DNA of 62,923 bases, the filler included, from Licmophora abbreviata (Eukaryota), in the NCBI GenBank assembly GCA_900291995.1. It is 7 parts of 7 records of this genome, joined end to end, with 100 filler letters (N's around TTAATTAATTAA, not from the genome) between each part and the next. Parts side by side here need not be neighbours in the genome. Positions count along the whole stretch, not along the records: positions 1 to 14,009 come from OLMU01001429.1; 6 more parts are not named here. The stretch is one strand, 5' to 3'. Made by a program: the position numbers and the translations under genes. A model generated the notes under the pieces. The model saw nothing but the letters and a program-made list of their open reading frames with translations. It was not told the origin of the DNA and searched no databases. Positions 1-13,363 of the stretch are shown piece after piece. The number at the start of each line of letters is the position of its first letter. Position 1 is the stretch's first letter.

Positions 1-438
1 GAACTAGAAGAGGATGACGAGGAAGATGACAAGGAACAGCATGTGGCCATGATGAATCTCATCATGGGTCAGTTGCTTCGGCGCTTTCACGATGAGAATG
101 GGCGTGGACCGGATACACGAGAGCTCCTCGAGATACGATCGGCTCTTGCCGACAAGATGGGAGTGGAGGTGCCGGAGATTGACGCCAATGGAGCGGACTG
201 GGATCAACCGGTCTGCAAGAAAAAGACCAAAGTGATTGAGCCGGAAACGGATCCCACGAGTCCAACGCGCCCGATCTTGACGCGCAAGCGAAGTCTCAGT
301 GAGGAAGAGGCGGCGGATGGGGATGACGACGACACGAACGAGCATACCAAGAAGGTCAAATTTTCAGAAGGACCAGAAGATGCCGAAACCGAAGTTAAGG
401 TTACGCCAGAAGGTGAGACTGCCACGGGGGGCGCATGA
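1..438 (+). CDS. 3' end of an acidic hypothetical protein (5' truncated by window edge)
   Basis: Frame is open from base 1 (ELEEDDEEDDKEQHVAMMNLIMGQLLRRF...) to TGA at 436-438; E/D-rich with coding-like composition. Confidence 0.7.
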   Translation, partial: ELEEDDEEDDKEQHVAMMNLIMGQLLRRFHDENGRGPDTRELLEIRSALADKMGVEVPEIDANGADWDQPVCKKKTKVIEPETDPTSPTRPILTRKRSLSEEEAADGDDDDTNEHTKKVKFSEGPEDAETEVKVTPEGETATGGA

Positions 439-519
439 CTGCTGCTTGCACATATATAGGTCACTGATAAGTAGACAGGATAAGACAAGTCACTGGATTG
501 ATCAAGCAACTTTAGAAAG

Positions 520-1156
520 TTAACGGTATGACTTCTGGAAACGTGCACGTGCACTACGTCCACCGTACTTCTTGGGTTCGCATCGACGAGGATCCGAAAC
601 CAACAGATTACGATCGTACTCAATGAGGGTTTTGCGAATCTCATTCTTGGAACTCTCATCGACATACTTGGCGTAGTACGCCACAATGGACTTGGCAATG
701 GCGGCACGAATAGCATAGATCTGCGCAGTAATACCTCCACCCTTGACTCTAATACGAATATCGAGATTGGAGAACTTGTCTTGTCCCAAGATCAAGACAG
801 GCTCAAACACCTTCAAACGGAGGGACTCCGGCTCAATGTTCTCAATAGGTTGTCCATTGACCTTGATCAGGCCACGACCTTGCTTGGCGAATGCGCAAGC
901 AGTGGCCGTCTTTTTCCTGGAAGAAGAAAAGAAAAGCAGGCCGTTTAGAGCGGGACTCTTTCACGCGCATCACTCTGGTCTCTCATCGGTAGCTGCGCCA
1001 TGGTCGCAGCGACATCATAACCCAATCGACAGGGACGCAACGCGACAAAGCGCAGCGCCGTTTTCTTTGAAGATCGCTCATCCTATCCTCCTCTTCTCCT
1101 ATGGATGCTTCAATCACTTACTTTCCAAAGACTTGAACAGACTGTGCGGGTGCCAT
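520..1156 (-). CDS. RPS16: 40S ribosomal protein S16 (uS9); exons 1156-1122, 916-520
   Basis: Spliced [35 protein letters not shown]...RVKGGG...[30 protein letters not shown] donor and CCAG acceptor. Confidence 0.97.
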
Positions 1157-1553
1157 GGTTGCTAGTTCTGTGACGAAAGGGTGAGGCTGTCTACACTGTG
1201 TTGTCGATGCATCCAGCAATCTCTGTGCGGTCAAAAGTAGCTCTCGGTCCTAGTATCACAAATGTGTAGGATTCTACGCTACCTGACGAGTAAGTGGTAT
1301 CATGGTATTACCGCTGATGTACAGACCATACGATTTTCGACTTTTCGATGCGCATTTTGATCAATCGATTTGATTCGATTCCCAAACATCAAGCCACTTC
1401 TAAAAGGCCTAAATGATAGTCCACCTAGACACTGAAACCTTGATCGGAAACAACCTCTTGAAATCGGTTTTACTAGCTCTACCCCGTACGAGGCATCCGT
1501 TCATAGCTCTAGAGCAGACTTCATCTTATTGTCCTACCCCGGTTCCGACTGCT

Positions 1554-3291
1554 CTATGCAAACAGCCCTCCCATGCCCGCTGCGTACGCCATAGGCCTGA
1601 CCGCAGGATGTGGTACCGCCTCGTACTGTGTAAACTTTGGTTCCAGACTGGCATCAAAGTGAATGAACGCGCCTTTGTTCCCCATGGTGTCACAATAGTT
1701 CGGAGCAGAGAACACTGTTATCGTCTTACCGCCATGTTCGACAAGATACCCTTCTTCCTTTACCTCGTGAGATCGCACCACCAGGTTTAGATTGTTTTCA
1801 CGCAAGAATGCTTCGGTAATGTCCGGCCCAAACGAAAATCCGATACCTCGTTTCGAGGGACTCTTTCCCGGAAACGGCTGAGGATCCGACCACATCAAAT
1901 CACTCATGAGTCCCGAATCCGATGGCTCACAGCCCCGTTTGACATTGCGAATCTCTTGCAACGTGACTCCCTCCCGTACTGGAAGCCCACCGTGCGTCAC
2001 AAACACTTTATTTTCAATCGTCGCAGCCAAAGGCAAGTGACCGAAGACTTCCAGGAACAATTCGAAAATCTTGTCGTCGTACTTGGCCTTGACTTCGCCC
2101 TCGAATCCATAGATGCGATTCATGTTTTTCGTCTCGTGATTGCCTCGAATCAAATAGATGCAGTCGGGAGACGATAGTTTGAATAGGAGAAATGTCAAAA
2201 TGACTTCTACTGAAAAGGAACCACGGTCCACAAAGTCGCCATTGAAGACGTACGGATTGGTGGGGGAAGGAACGCCATTCAAGTCGAAGATGTGAAGGAC
2301 GTCATAGAACTGTCCGTGGGTGTCGCCACATACGGTGACGCGAGCAGGGGTATCCGAGTCGAGATGCGAGGGAGTCTCGGATGGAATGGAAATCTCCATG
2401 AGCGATGAAATACGTTCAAAATAGCGTTTGCTCGCAATGAGGAGACGAGCCACGTATCTCTTGGGAATCAGCTTTTGATCCTTGAATCGTTGTATCGCAG
2501 CCTATCATATGGAAGGTATGAGAGGGCAAGTCGTGAGAAAAGTGCCCAGTGCTCAAGGAGTAAGCGTCGATTGCCCATCTACTTACCAATACGAATTCCA
2601 TGGGAAGCTTCCCCGACTGAAACAGCGCATCTTCATCCTCCATGTTGCTCAGAGCCGCCTCTTCCACAGGGTGCGGTCCGTCGTAGGTATTCTCTATCGA
2701 CAAAATATTTGGATCATACGTCTCACTAAGAGGAACTGTTTCTTCCGATTCAATTGCCTTTCGAAAGGCTTCTTCCCGTACCGCTTTGTCACACGCCGCC
2801 AGCTTAGCTCTCGCATCGCGATCTTTCGGTTTGAGCTTGCACACTTGACGAAAGTCCTTCCGAGCCGCCTTGTTCTTGCTCAATGCAAAATGAGCCGACC
2901 CTCGTCGATAGTATCCTTTGGCATACGACGGGTCGTGTTCAATAGCCGCTGCCGCGTCGACAATGGCCAATCCATAGTTCTCCACCTTGATGTAAGCTTG
3001 TGCCCGATTGGAAAGAATGATTGCACTCGTGGGGGCATACTCCAACGCCTCTGAATAAAACTTGATGGCATCAAGGTACTTTCCAGTCAGCAGGGTCTCG
3101 TTTCCCAGTTGCTTCAGCTCCAAACTCTTGGCTTCCGCGTTTTCATTGCCGGAATGATCGATTACCATGTGGACTGGCGGGAGCTCTTCTGGTTTTTCCA
3201 TGAGGTCCTCCTCGTCTTCATCGTCGACGTTCGTGAGAGTTGCCGAAGGAACGTCCGATGATCCTGATGATAAATCCTGTTCGGTTGACAT
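1554..3291 (-). CDS. PPP5C: Ser/Thr protein phosphatase 5 (TPR + PPP catalytic domain); intron 2502-2586
   Basis: Three TPRs (AKSLELKQLGN..., SNRAQAYIK..., KGYYRRG) followed by PPP motifs GDTHGQ, GDFVDRG, RGNHE, HGG, SAPNYC and a C-terminal PMAYA. Confidence 0.97.
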
Positions 3292-3981
3292 GGTCGAGAC
3301 GAGGCAGCTAGGAACAAGAGAATGTGTATTCAAGAGAAGGAAGGCTGTGCACCGACTTGCTTCTTCTTTGCGTTCGACGAGTGAGTGTGTGTGTGTGGCT
3401 CTCATCTCAGTTCGTCCGGATTTGTGGTGTTTCACGAGGTGCGCGCGACGCGACGAGAGCTCGCGTCATTACTCGATCTGGCACAAAAGCTAGACTATGA
3501 TGGCATCGGTCACGGTCCTTACCGACAGGGTGGTCTACATATCATACGTCGCGGTACTGCTGCTGATGGGATGTCCTGTATAGAGAAACTGTATCTGGCA
3601 TGGTATATGCCTTCCTAGTCGACCTCTAGACGGTGGACTGGACTACCAAAATCGAAAATTGCAGTCTAGGTATGTATCTCTAGCAGAAGACACTCCCGGT
3701 AACGCTTTGGCTGGCATGCTTGGCTTGAAGTCGCCTTTTTCATCATTGTTACTCGTTTCGACGACGGACTATGAGACCATACAGGCGAGGTACACAAGGT
3801 ACAGACAACTGACTACTTCTCTTTAAAAAAGAACTATGGTAGCATGGTTGCAAATTGCCGTCGAAATTTCTTTCCGAGAGCTACATCGGTACACCCTTCG
3901 CATCACCGGAAGAAAACCAGTCAGCAAGCCTTGGAACTCAATACTACCAAGTCGAAACACGCACACATTCTTGCGTCTTCC

Positions 3982-4502
3982 TTAGAGAGGAGCAGGGAAC
4001 GACGTCTGGCAGCTTTGAATGGCCGAACCAAGGGTGCGAGGCCAAGTGATGATCTGGAACGACAGACACGTAACGAGGAGAGTGAGAATGATTTCAAAAG
4101 GAGGCAAGTGACAGATGGCCCTTATGAGAATCGATCGAACTGTATGGACGCGCCTCTCCGATCGATCGACACCGGCTCACGGGACTGGCGATGCCCTATC
4201 GCGATTTCTTACCTTTTCCAAGAAGTCGGTGATGCTCTTGAGGAAGCTAAAGCAAGCTTCAAAGGGCTACAAGAAAAATGAGGTAACAGACAATGGCGTG
4301 TGAGGGATGCAGTTCGATGAGACAAGAGATGTGAATCATACCGTGGACGCGAGCATGGCTGACACGCTGAAGTATCTTTCTCTGTTGCACAAATACGCAC
4401 CTGAAGGAAGATCCAGGCTGCCGCACAAAAGCCAGAAACAGGCCAGGCGATAAAGATCAGTAGAACGATCCAAAGGACGGCAAAGACGGGATTTTTGGCC
4501 AT
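3982..4502 (-). CDS. 75-aa hydrophobic microprotein; exons 4502-4401, 4266-4213, 4053-3982
   Basis: Three phase-0 exons with GT-AG borders join to MAKNPVFAVLWIVLLIFIAWPVSGFCAAAWIFLQ/PFEACFSFLKSITDFLEK/IITWPRTLGSAIQSCQTSFPAPL*. Confidence 0.8.
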
Positions 4503-4849
4503 TGTAGAGGTGGTATCGATCAACAACAAGAAAGAACAACAACAGCGATAAAGCAAAGTGTGATGAAACTCTGAATGTTGGATTGATTCGAATTTTTGGC
4601 GAAGGGCCCGCCGCCTCGGAAAGGAAATGAATGATCATCTTTCAGTACCGAATATATTTGAAAATGTCATTGGCCAACACGCACCCACACGAGAATGAAC
4701 CAATTGCCGATTCGCACGATCACCATCTGTTCATGCTTCCCATACGACAGCCAAGACGACAAGACAAACTTGTAGGCGTTCGACTTTGAACAAAACTCCC
4801 AGAAGACCAAGCGTGTGTCGTCTGAGATCAAGAAGTCAGCCCTTAAGAG

Positions 4850-7800
4850 ATGCAGGAAACTACAGAAGCCCCGTCAGATGAAGGATCTGCTGATGATTCA
4901 TCGGATGTGTCCGAAGAGGAGGAGCACGAATGCCGTGTATGTAGAGGACCGGCAGAAGAAGGGTAAGTTAGTTCAAGGATCGTTCAATTTTGCACTCGTG
5001 GGACTGTCAAACTGGTCGTTTTGGGTGCTTCCTAATGGAAAAATCTTTTGGGAGCATTTCGATGAGGCTTTAAATTGATAGGGGAGGCTTGGGGGTGTAT
5101 TATTGCTGGCCAAGAGGCGTCTCTGGTGGTTCTTTCTCGCCATGGTGTCCACATCGGTCTTCGTGGTCGCGAGAGTCATATGCCCCTCATGACATGGACT
5201 CTTGGAGTTTGTATGGAGTAGGGTTCGGATTAATGTCGTATCGGTGTCGTAGCCTCGGTTGTTCTAACCTCCTGTTGATCTGGTTTCGCCGTAATCTTCG
5301 ACAGGAGACCTCTGTATTCACCTTGCAAGTGTTCCGGATCGATTGGACTTACACATCAAGACTGTCTTATGTCATGGCTGGCTGTAACACGGGGTGATGG
5401 TACGTTAATGGTAACCAGGATCTGCCCTTGTTGCCTCCTTCTCTAGCTATTGGATAGAGTACGATATCTCGTTGGCTCGTCCCGGAATCTCATATTTTGC
5501 CCCTTTTCTTGTGAACACACAGGTCGATGCGAATTATGCTCGACAAAGTTTCGCTTCAAACCCAAGTATGCTGGCGGCGCTCCCGATCGACTGCCGCCGT
5601 ACGAAGTCTTTCTCGGGCTGTGCAGTCGCGCCGTTGCCACATGGCTACCCTTTACGATCCGAGTGCTGCTCGTGGCCGCGGTCTGGCTTGGTGTGGCGCC
5701 CTTATTGACCACCTATCTTTATCACGGATGGATGCATCGACCTGCTTCGATAATGAAACGTATCAAGTGGAGTTTGGTGGGGGGAGATATTGTGAGCGGC
5801 CTCGTGATTGCCTCCGTCATAATCGTTACCTTCTTGGCATTCATGAGCTTTGCAGATTTTCTCCGATTCAACTGGCAAAATGAGAATCTCGGACAGGGTG
5901 GTCGAGGGCGGAATCAGCGACAGCGTGAGCCTGAGGCCGTCGAGGAAGAGAATGATTACGGCGACGAATACGTCTTGGATGACATTGTAGAAATTGCGAA
6001 GCGCAAGGCCGCCGGGTCCGGCGGGAACGCATCTGAAAGACTTACATCTGAAGCAACGCCAGGCTCGCCTTTCGCGCAACCTCATGCAAAGCGACGTCGA
6101 GTGCGATGGTCCGACGATGGCAATGATGCGTTGACTCCTGCTGAACTGGAACAGCGAGAAACCCCTGACAGGGAGATACAACAAGATGGCGAGGCACCAA
6201 GGAACGGCGAGGCAGCTAATGACCGAGCCCCGATTGCAGCAGAACAGCTCGAAGCCGATCGTCATGATGCGGAGAACCTCTGGGTTCGAGAGCCAAGAGA
6301 GCAAGGCGAGAATATAGAAGATGATCGGTTCGAGCCTCAATTTGAGCCGCTGGACCCTGTGATGCCCATGATGAATCCAGAAGACGACCCGGTACGTGAA
6401 CACTGATGTGCTCCTCTCAATGGTATCGAAGCTTTTAATTCTAACGCTCGTCCGCTTTCAGGATGCCGAGATGAATGTACCGATAGACGAGCTCTTGGGC
6501 CTTCGGGGGCCTCTGACTATTCTCTTGCGGAACCTCTTATGGCTGCTTGCGTTTAACACCTCGTATCTTGGAATCTTTGTCTTTATCCCAAAGAGTTTCG
6601 GCTCCTCCCTGAATTTCTTGGTCTTCAATAGCACCGGTGCCGATGGGTGGACCCAGAATATACCACTTGTCTACTCTGACAATGAAAACGTCACGACACT
6701 CGCTAGTATTGTTTCCTCATTGAACCGTGAGAGCGAGCGTCTTCAGACGACCATACAACTTCCAGATTTGAGCTTGCTCATTATTGGCTACATAATGTTT
6801 GGTGTTGGAGTCTTATCCATGCAGGCAGGAGTGTTTGTGTACAAGCTGGTTCGAACTCGGAGACGACGACGGAGCAATCCAGGTCATAGGCGGAATGCTC
6901 ATGGACGCGATGGAAACGCAGTCGGAGGAGAAGAGCAAGGCGTAGCTCCGCCTCCACCTGGAATTCACGAAGGCGGTGATGAAAATATGACCCTTGGAGC
7001 ATACCTCTCAGTAGCTCTAGACTGCTTCCAAGCCTTGGTGAAAGTGAGCTTTCTTCTGTTCATCAAGATGCTCTTACTTCCACTTCTACTGGGCATCTGG
7101 CTCGACGTCGCTACGCTCCAATTGTTTGGAGGCTCTGGGATGGATCGAATTCTCTACGCCGGTGGCGACTTATTCTCGGCGGCGCTTCTTCACTGGGTGG
7201 TAGGCATTACCTTCATGCTACTAGTGACAGTCTCCGTGCTTCAACTGCGCGAAGTTGTCCATCCCGATCTGCTGGCTCCGCTGATAAGACCACAAGAGCC
7301 TCAGCCTGATCTATTAGGGAATCTGCTGCATGAAAACGCATCTACTCATGCCCGACGAATGCTTCTATCATTCATCATTTACGCCATACTGCTTACAGTT
7401 CACGTGTGGATTCCGACGCGTATTCTGGCGCAAGCTGGTCTCACTCGATTCCTTCCACTTTCAGACATTCATTTTTGGCACGTTTTAACGCCGCAGCTTC
7501 AGGTCCCTCTCGAGCTTCTTTTATTTCATTTGACGATGTTAGCTGTATTGGAGAAGTGCAAGAACCAGATTGGCGCAATGCAGCATTCGTGGCTTGTTTT
7601 CATGGCGAGATCGTTGGGCCTGACGCACTGGTTGATTCCGCTGTCTGTCGATAAGTTTGTGCTCGTTGGAACGCGCCCAGTCTTTCTTCAGTCATCGTCG
7701 CAAGCTGAGGAGCCTGTGGACCCTTTTTGGTATGATCTTATGCACACGCAACGCAGCGACTTTGAAACAATCATCGCTTCAAACATTACTCCAGTACCGG

Positions 7801-9318
7801 AAGCCCAGCCTCCCACTTATGTAAATGGACAGACTCACGCCAACGGAGCCATCCGTCTCGGCTATGGCAAATTCATCCGACTACCACAGCGAAGGGGGGA
7901 AGAACCGCGCGCCCGCTCTCAAATCCAGGAACTAGCGAATGGTATGGATGACGCTGAAGAGTCGAAGCTCCTATTGTCAACAGCGATTGGAGCGTATCGC
8001 CTAGTTCCGCGCCACACCGGAGACAACCACCTCGTCATTGAGTTTTGGCGAGAAGTCCCCGGGCGTGCAGTGCCACGCCCGCCAGAAGGATGGGACGATC
8101 TAGGCGTCGGTGGCGCGGAAGTTCAAGGGCGTTGGGCATGGGGACGAGAAAAGAAGTCCCCTGTTGAAAGAGGGATTGCGAAACGAAAGCCTCTCTCAGG
8201 CGCATCGAGCCATCTGTCAGTTCTCATTTGGTTGCTCAAGATTATGATGCTTCTTGCATTATCCTGGGTTGCTTGCACTGGTGTAGTGTTTAGTGCTATC
8301 TCCATACCGCTGGCCATGGGTAGAGGAATGCTTGTCCTTCTTCGAGTACCAAAGCACTACACCCACGATCCTTTTGTGTTCGCTCTTGGCTCAATTTTCT
8401 TTACTGTCTGCTTGGCGGTAGCGAAGAAATGGATCGCGGTACGACGCTATGTGTTTCGGGCCATAACAAACTTGGCTTGGTCACTCAGAAAAGCCCCTAT
8501 CAGAAAAGTCGGAATCTTTCTACTCGCCGTCTGGCTGTGGCTTGTCGTATCTCCAGTGGCGCTTGGAGTTCTATACGAGTTGCTCTTCATTGAGTCCAGA
8601 GACACATTTTCTCACCCGTGGATGGCAAAGGTTTCATCATCGATCTTCGTGGCTTGGGCTACAGGCTGCTTGCTATTGTACACATGGGCTTTCTTGAGCC
8701 GCGCCGACGTCTTCACGGTTGCATTTTGGCAGGAGCTCGGGGACGACGTCGACCATCCTCCCCGCGAAAGGCGTGATGGAGACGGCACACATCGGTGGCA
8801 AGGCGAAGACGGACGACTGAATCGTTTCGTGCATACCATGAGAGTCATCATGGTTGCGGGCGAGTGGGAACATGTTGATCACGAGGTGCTGTTGACTGAT
8901 TGTACCGTTCCAATAGCGACCGAGATTCTAACAACGTTGCTGGCGCCTTGGGTACTTTCGAAGGTGCTGTTTGCAGCTATGGCACAATTGGGCTTCTCGG
9001 ACGTTGAGATATCACGTGAGTTCAGTGTGCTTGATGGGATTGCTCCGGTGCGGGCTTTGTCTTATCTCGTCTAACGCTATTCATCTCGTTTCGCTTTGAA
9101 CAGTCCCCTATCTGGGCGATATGGACAATGGTGTCTACGAAATGGTATTTTTTCGATTCCTTGCTCTTTCGTGTATCTTGATGCAGCTAGCAAAGGCAAA
9201 CCGCGATGCTCTCGACACGTGGTTCAACGCAGCTCATAAGGCTGCTAGGGACGGACGGTACCTTGAAGGTGAGGTTCTCATGAACTACGAAGCAGCGGAC
9301 AAACCTAGTGAACTATAG
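4850..9318 (+). CDS. MARCH6: RING-CH multipass E3 ubiquitin ligase, MARCH6/Doa10/SUD1 family; exons 4850-4962, 5305-5399, 5523-6391, 6462-9015, 9104-9318
   Basis: Spliced N-terminal C4HC3 RING-CH (CRVCRG...PCKCSGSIGLTHQDCLMSWL...CELCSTKF), then ELLGLRGP, many TM helices, LREVVHP and a C-terminal ARDGRYLEGEVLMNY element. Confidence 0.93.
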
Positions 9319-9584
9319 GTATCGGGAGAGCTAAGGATAATTAAATTCAAATCCGCATCCACCAAATAAGACGATGTAGGTTATTGCTAGCTTCTCAAGT
9401 GCGAGCACAAGGTTTTGCCAACTGGCACGTTGTAGGTGCTCAACCACGGACACTCTTCACTATTGCACTCGTAGGCTCGTCACTTTGTATACATCCGGGT
9501 TGATTCACCAAAGAATCGTGCTCCGTGTGTTCTCCGTTCTCATCGTTGACAACGAAATTCAAAACTGTGTAGACCATATCGACC

Positions 9585-12355
9585 ATGTCGTCGCGTCCCG
9601 ATCATCCCCGGCCACCGCTGGCTACTGCTGCCAGCACACAGCCACAGACTAGTCGCATGCGAAAGCTAGCGTACACGCTTGCGCGGATAACCCGTGGCGT
9701 TGCCCTCGTTGTCGTCGCAGGCGCGACGGTCGCAGTCGTTCAAGATGTCAGGGAGAAACGTCGCGCCGAGAAGGAATTCCGAGGAGACAAGAAACGAGTC
9801 CTTGTCTTGCCGTTGCATCGGATGGCACTCGTTGAGAAAAGAAAGCCCAGCTTCGGAAAGGCATTGGAGGATCTCTCGGCGGGCAAAGACAACGAACATG
9901 ACCGTACATTTGAGGTACGTTTCACCAGTTTCGAGGCATGGAGCAGGCGGCCAAGAATTCACCGGAAGTCTGGACTGTCAACCCACGCAGACGAATCAAA
10001 ACTCATTCTATGCCCCTCCGTTCTCTCTTCGTAGGTGGAAGTGAAAGAACTGGTCGATATCATTCACGAAGCGGCACAGGATCCCAACATTGTTGCACTG
10101 TACGGCGTCTTCGGACACGGTTTCACGTCGTCGGTCGGTGGATGGGCTCAAGTGGAGGAAGTGCGGAACGCGTTAAAGGTCTTTCGGGAGAGCCATCGGA
10201 TGCATCGCGAACCTAACCTGAAACACGAGGAAGTTCTGGTGCGCAACGGCAATGGCACCCCAAAGTACAGCTTTGCTTTTGCGGTAGGTAGAGTGGCGTT
10301 TCTGTGTCGACTCGCGATCATACGCTCAGCGCAACACATCCGCTCATTTCTCTGCCCATCGTTCGCCCTAGGATTCGTTTGCCAATCCCATGGATGCCGG
10401 GAACAAAGAGTACTACCTTGCCAGCGCTTTCTCTCATGTCCATCTTCAGTCGCAAGGGGAACTCAACCTGTATGGAGCAGGGGCTTCGAATATGTTCCTA
10501 CGAGGGACTCTCGACAAGTACGGTATCAAAGCTCACGTCTTCAAGCATGGAAAGTACAAGAGTGAGTTTAAGTGGTCTGCGTTGCTCGTGCGATGCCTTG
10601 ATTGTGTTCGCGGCGATCGCTCAACACATCTCTCGTTCACGTCGACTTCTGTCCAGATGCGCCCAACAACCTGACTGAGCACGGTTTCACACGTGACCAC
10701 AAGCACAATGTCACCAATATTGTCGATTCAATCAACCATCTCATCTACGACCGAATCGTGCAGGCGCGTAACCTTCAGGCAACGGACGGCAATGTATGGA
10801 AGCTGGTGCAAAGCCATGGCACTTTCACGGCTGCCCAGGCCCTCGCGCTGGGCTTCATCGACTATGCCCCTCAGATTGACCCGCTTGACGACTTGGTTCA
10901 ATCAAACAAGGGCGATGCGTCCAAGGAAAAGATGATGTTGAAGTATGGCAAAAGCGCGGATCTGCATCACTTTGCCGCGAAGGAAAAGATTTCGTTATCT
11001 TCGTACAAGAGATTGCTCAAGAAGCGCAAAACGTATGACGATCGCATTTGGAAAGTTCATGCGCTCCTGAAATTTCTAGCGGAGAAGTCCACTGCGACGG
11101 AAACGCTCCTGTCAGCTATTGGATATAGTGGCCCCCACTACAATGTTGATAAGGTAAGGCGGAGGATTGCCGCCTTGTGCTAATTTCGAGCGACTCGTCA
11201 GCTCAACCGCTCTTTCAACGTTGCTTCAGGACGAATATGCCCGAAACAAATCCTTAGGAGAAAAAATTTCCCTCGTACATATCAACGGTGGTATTGACGA
11301 GTCGATGGCCCGGAAAACTGTGGCGGCGCTCAAGAATATTCAACGACGCAGTGACGTCCAAGCGGTTGTACTTCGTATCGACTCCCCAGGAGGGTCAGTC
11401 GTGGCCTCGGAACGTATCCTCCAGCAGGTTCGAGATATGTCACAGGTAAGAAACGTCCAGAATGTCTTGGTTGTGCAATTATTTGCTGTAAGATACACAC
11501 TGCATAGTATACTAAAGGCTTGCTCCCCGCTTTTTATAGCCCGTCGTTTGCTCCATGGGCAATGTTGCAGCCAGCGGCGGCTACTACGTTGCAGCCGACT
11601 GCGAACGCATCTTCGCTCTCCCCAATACCATTACGGGATCGATTGGTGTGTATGGAATCAAGCTTGATATGACAGAGTTCGCTCGCAGATATGGCGTCCG
11701 CGTGGAGCACTTGTCGGGCGGTCCGCACACGTTTACCAGTTCACCGTTCCATCCACTGACGCGTCCCATGAAGGACAACTTGTCGCGATCCGTGAACCGC
11801 TACTACGATCACTTCAAGTCGATCGTCGTCCATGGCCGTGGTCTATCCCCCGAGCAGGTCGAAGACATTGCGCAGGGCCGGGTTTGGACAGGCGAGCAGG
11901 CGAAGACCATTGGCCTCGTGGACGAGGTTGGAGGACTTGATCGTGCTTTGGCGTATGCCAAGCGAAAGTATACAGGAGGAGATGCCACTGTTGAGGTCTG
12001 GCCAAAGGCCATGTCCATGTGGGATCATGCCCTTGGTCTTGTCGACACTCTTGGTCGTGTCGACAGTGACATGGAAGAGAGCCAAGCTGCCAAGCAGAAA
12101 GCCTTGGCTCTAGTAAGCGCTTTGCTTGGGTTTGGTGTTGACACTTCGACATCGCAAGCTTCTCCGCCTTTTCTCTCTGGTCATCCTCTGGGCCTCTACA
12201 GCGCTTCGTTGATGGGCCTTCCGATATCGATTCCCAGCTCGCTCTCAGGAGTCGTGTTGACTGCGGACGAGAATCTGGCGGTACAGAGTGTTCTAAACGG
12301 CTGCCTCGATTCAAGCCATGCTGGACCATGGGGATCGCCAGGATTCTGGGAGTAG
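9585..12355 (+). CDS. sppA: Signal peptide peptidase A (protease IV, S49, long two-domain type); exons 9585-9914, 10035-10283, 10372-10561, 10657-11153, 11230-11445, 11540-12355
   Basis: Motifs YYLAS, FKHGKYK(N)AP, VVLRIDSPGGS, SMGNVAASGGYY, TITGSIGV and AQGRVWTGEQA...GLVDEVGG. Confidence 0.93.
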
Positions 12356-12515
12356 CTAGAGTTGTTGCTGCTTTCACAGTATTACATAGTGTGTTGTTCT
12401 AAGCTGTATGAGCGATATTCGTAGCGTCTGGACAGGGCGTCGGCTAGATGGTACGAGAGATTAGACTAAAAATAGCTACCGTGTCACCACAATCGTCGAG
12501 GACGTCTATCCCCAG

Positions 12516-12875
12516 CTAAGCTTCAGCTTCTTCTCTAGCCTCTTGCTCTGGTATCCTTGTTCCGAGTCCTATATCTTGCAGGGACGAGTCGAACGTGACC
12601 ACGGCTTTTTTGTAGTCGCTGTATTTGTAGTAGGCCGTCTTTCGTTTACCAAACACCCTCTTTCTCTTCCCCATGTAGTTCATCGTATTCACTTTCTTCA
12701 CAGGTAACTCGTAGATCTTGGTCAAGTACTCCTTAATTTCATGCTTGGTCATCCGCGGCACGACGCGGAAAAAAGCAGTGGCGGGGCGTGTTTCGGTCGC
12801 GTCAATGGCGTTCACCAACGTCAGAGGCATATTCGGCATCCACATGCGAAAGCGATACGCGAATTTCGCTAACAT
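12516..12875 (-). CDS. MRPL23: Mitochondrial ribosomal protein uL23m
   Basis: F-R-V-x-PRMTKHEIKEYLTKIY...VKKVNTMNYMGKRKR...DYKKAVV is a uL23 signature with the mitochondrial-type N-terminus. Confidence 0.88.
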   Translation of the reverse strand: MLAKFAYRFRMWMPNMPLTLVNAIDATETRPATAFFRVVPRMTKHEIKEYLTKIYELPVKKVNTMNYMGKRKRVFGKRKTAYYKYSDYKKAVVTFDSSLQDIGLGTRIPEQEAREEAEA

Positions 12876-13363
12876 TGTTTCCAGTAGTATTCGTAAGGCA
12901 AGAAGGAGGACGGATACGTTCCACAGCAGCTATGTGATAATGAGTTGTCACATCAATGGAGGATCATGGCATCTTCGGCTGTGCGGTGTGGCGATAGAGT
13001 TGCGGGTTTTGTTTTGATGAATTGTCGGCTGGACGGCCAGACTTCGGCAGTCGTTTTAGAGCCACGACGAGAGGATGTCACCATCCAAAACGCCGCCCAA
13101 AACCCTACTTTAAGTCATAGATAGCACTGAATTGAACCACTGTCTACTGCATGTGAAGAGCCCATAGCTAGGGACGAGTACGGCGGGTAAATCAATCATG
13201 AGGCAACGAGATTACTGAGCTGTTGCTGTTGCAACTACATAAGTTCCACGCCCGGTCTCACTCGCCCCGAAGCCGTGTACATTCCGTCATCCCATCTCCT
13301 CTCCCCTTCAACAAGGGACGTGCATGTTAGCATTGACACATTAGTACTATTTGGAGATTCACT

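Noticed and set aside
917..1121. Intronic snoRNA in the relatively long RPS16 intron
   Set aside because: No convincing box C (RTGATGA) plus box D (CTGA) pair or H/ACA layout on the sense strand.
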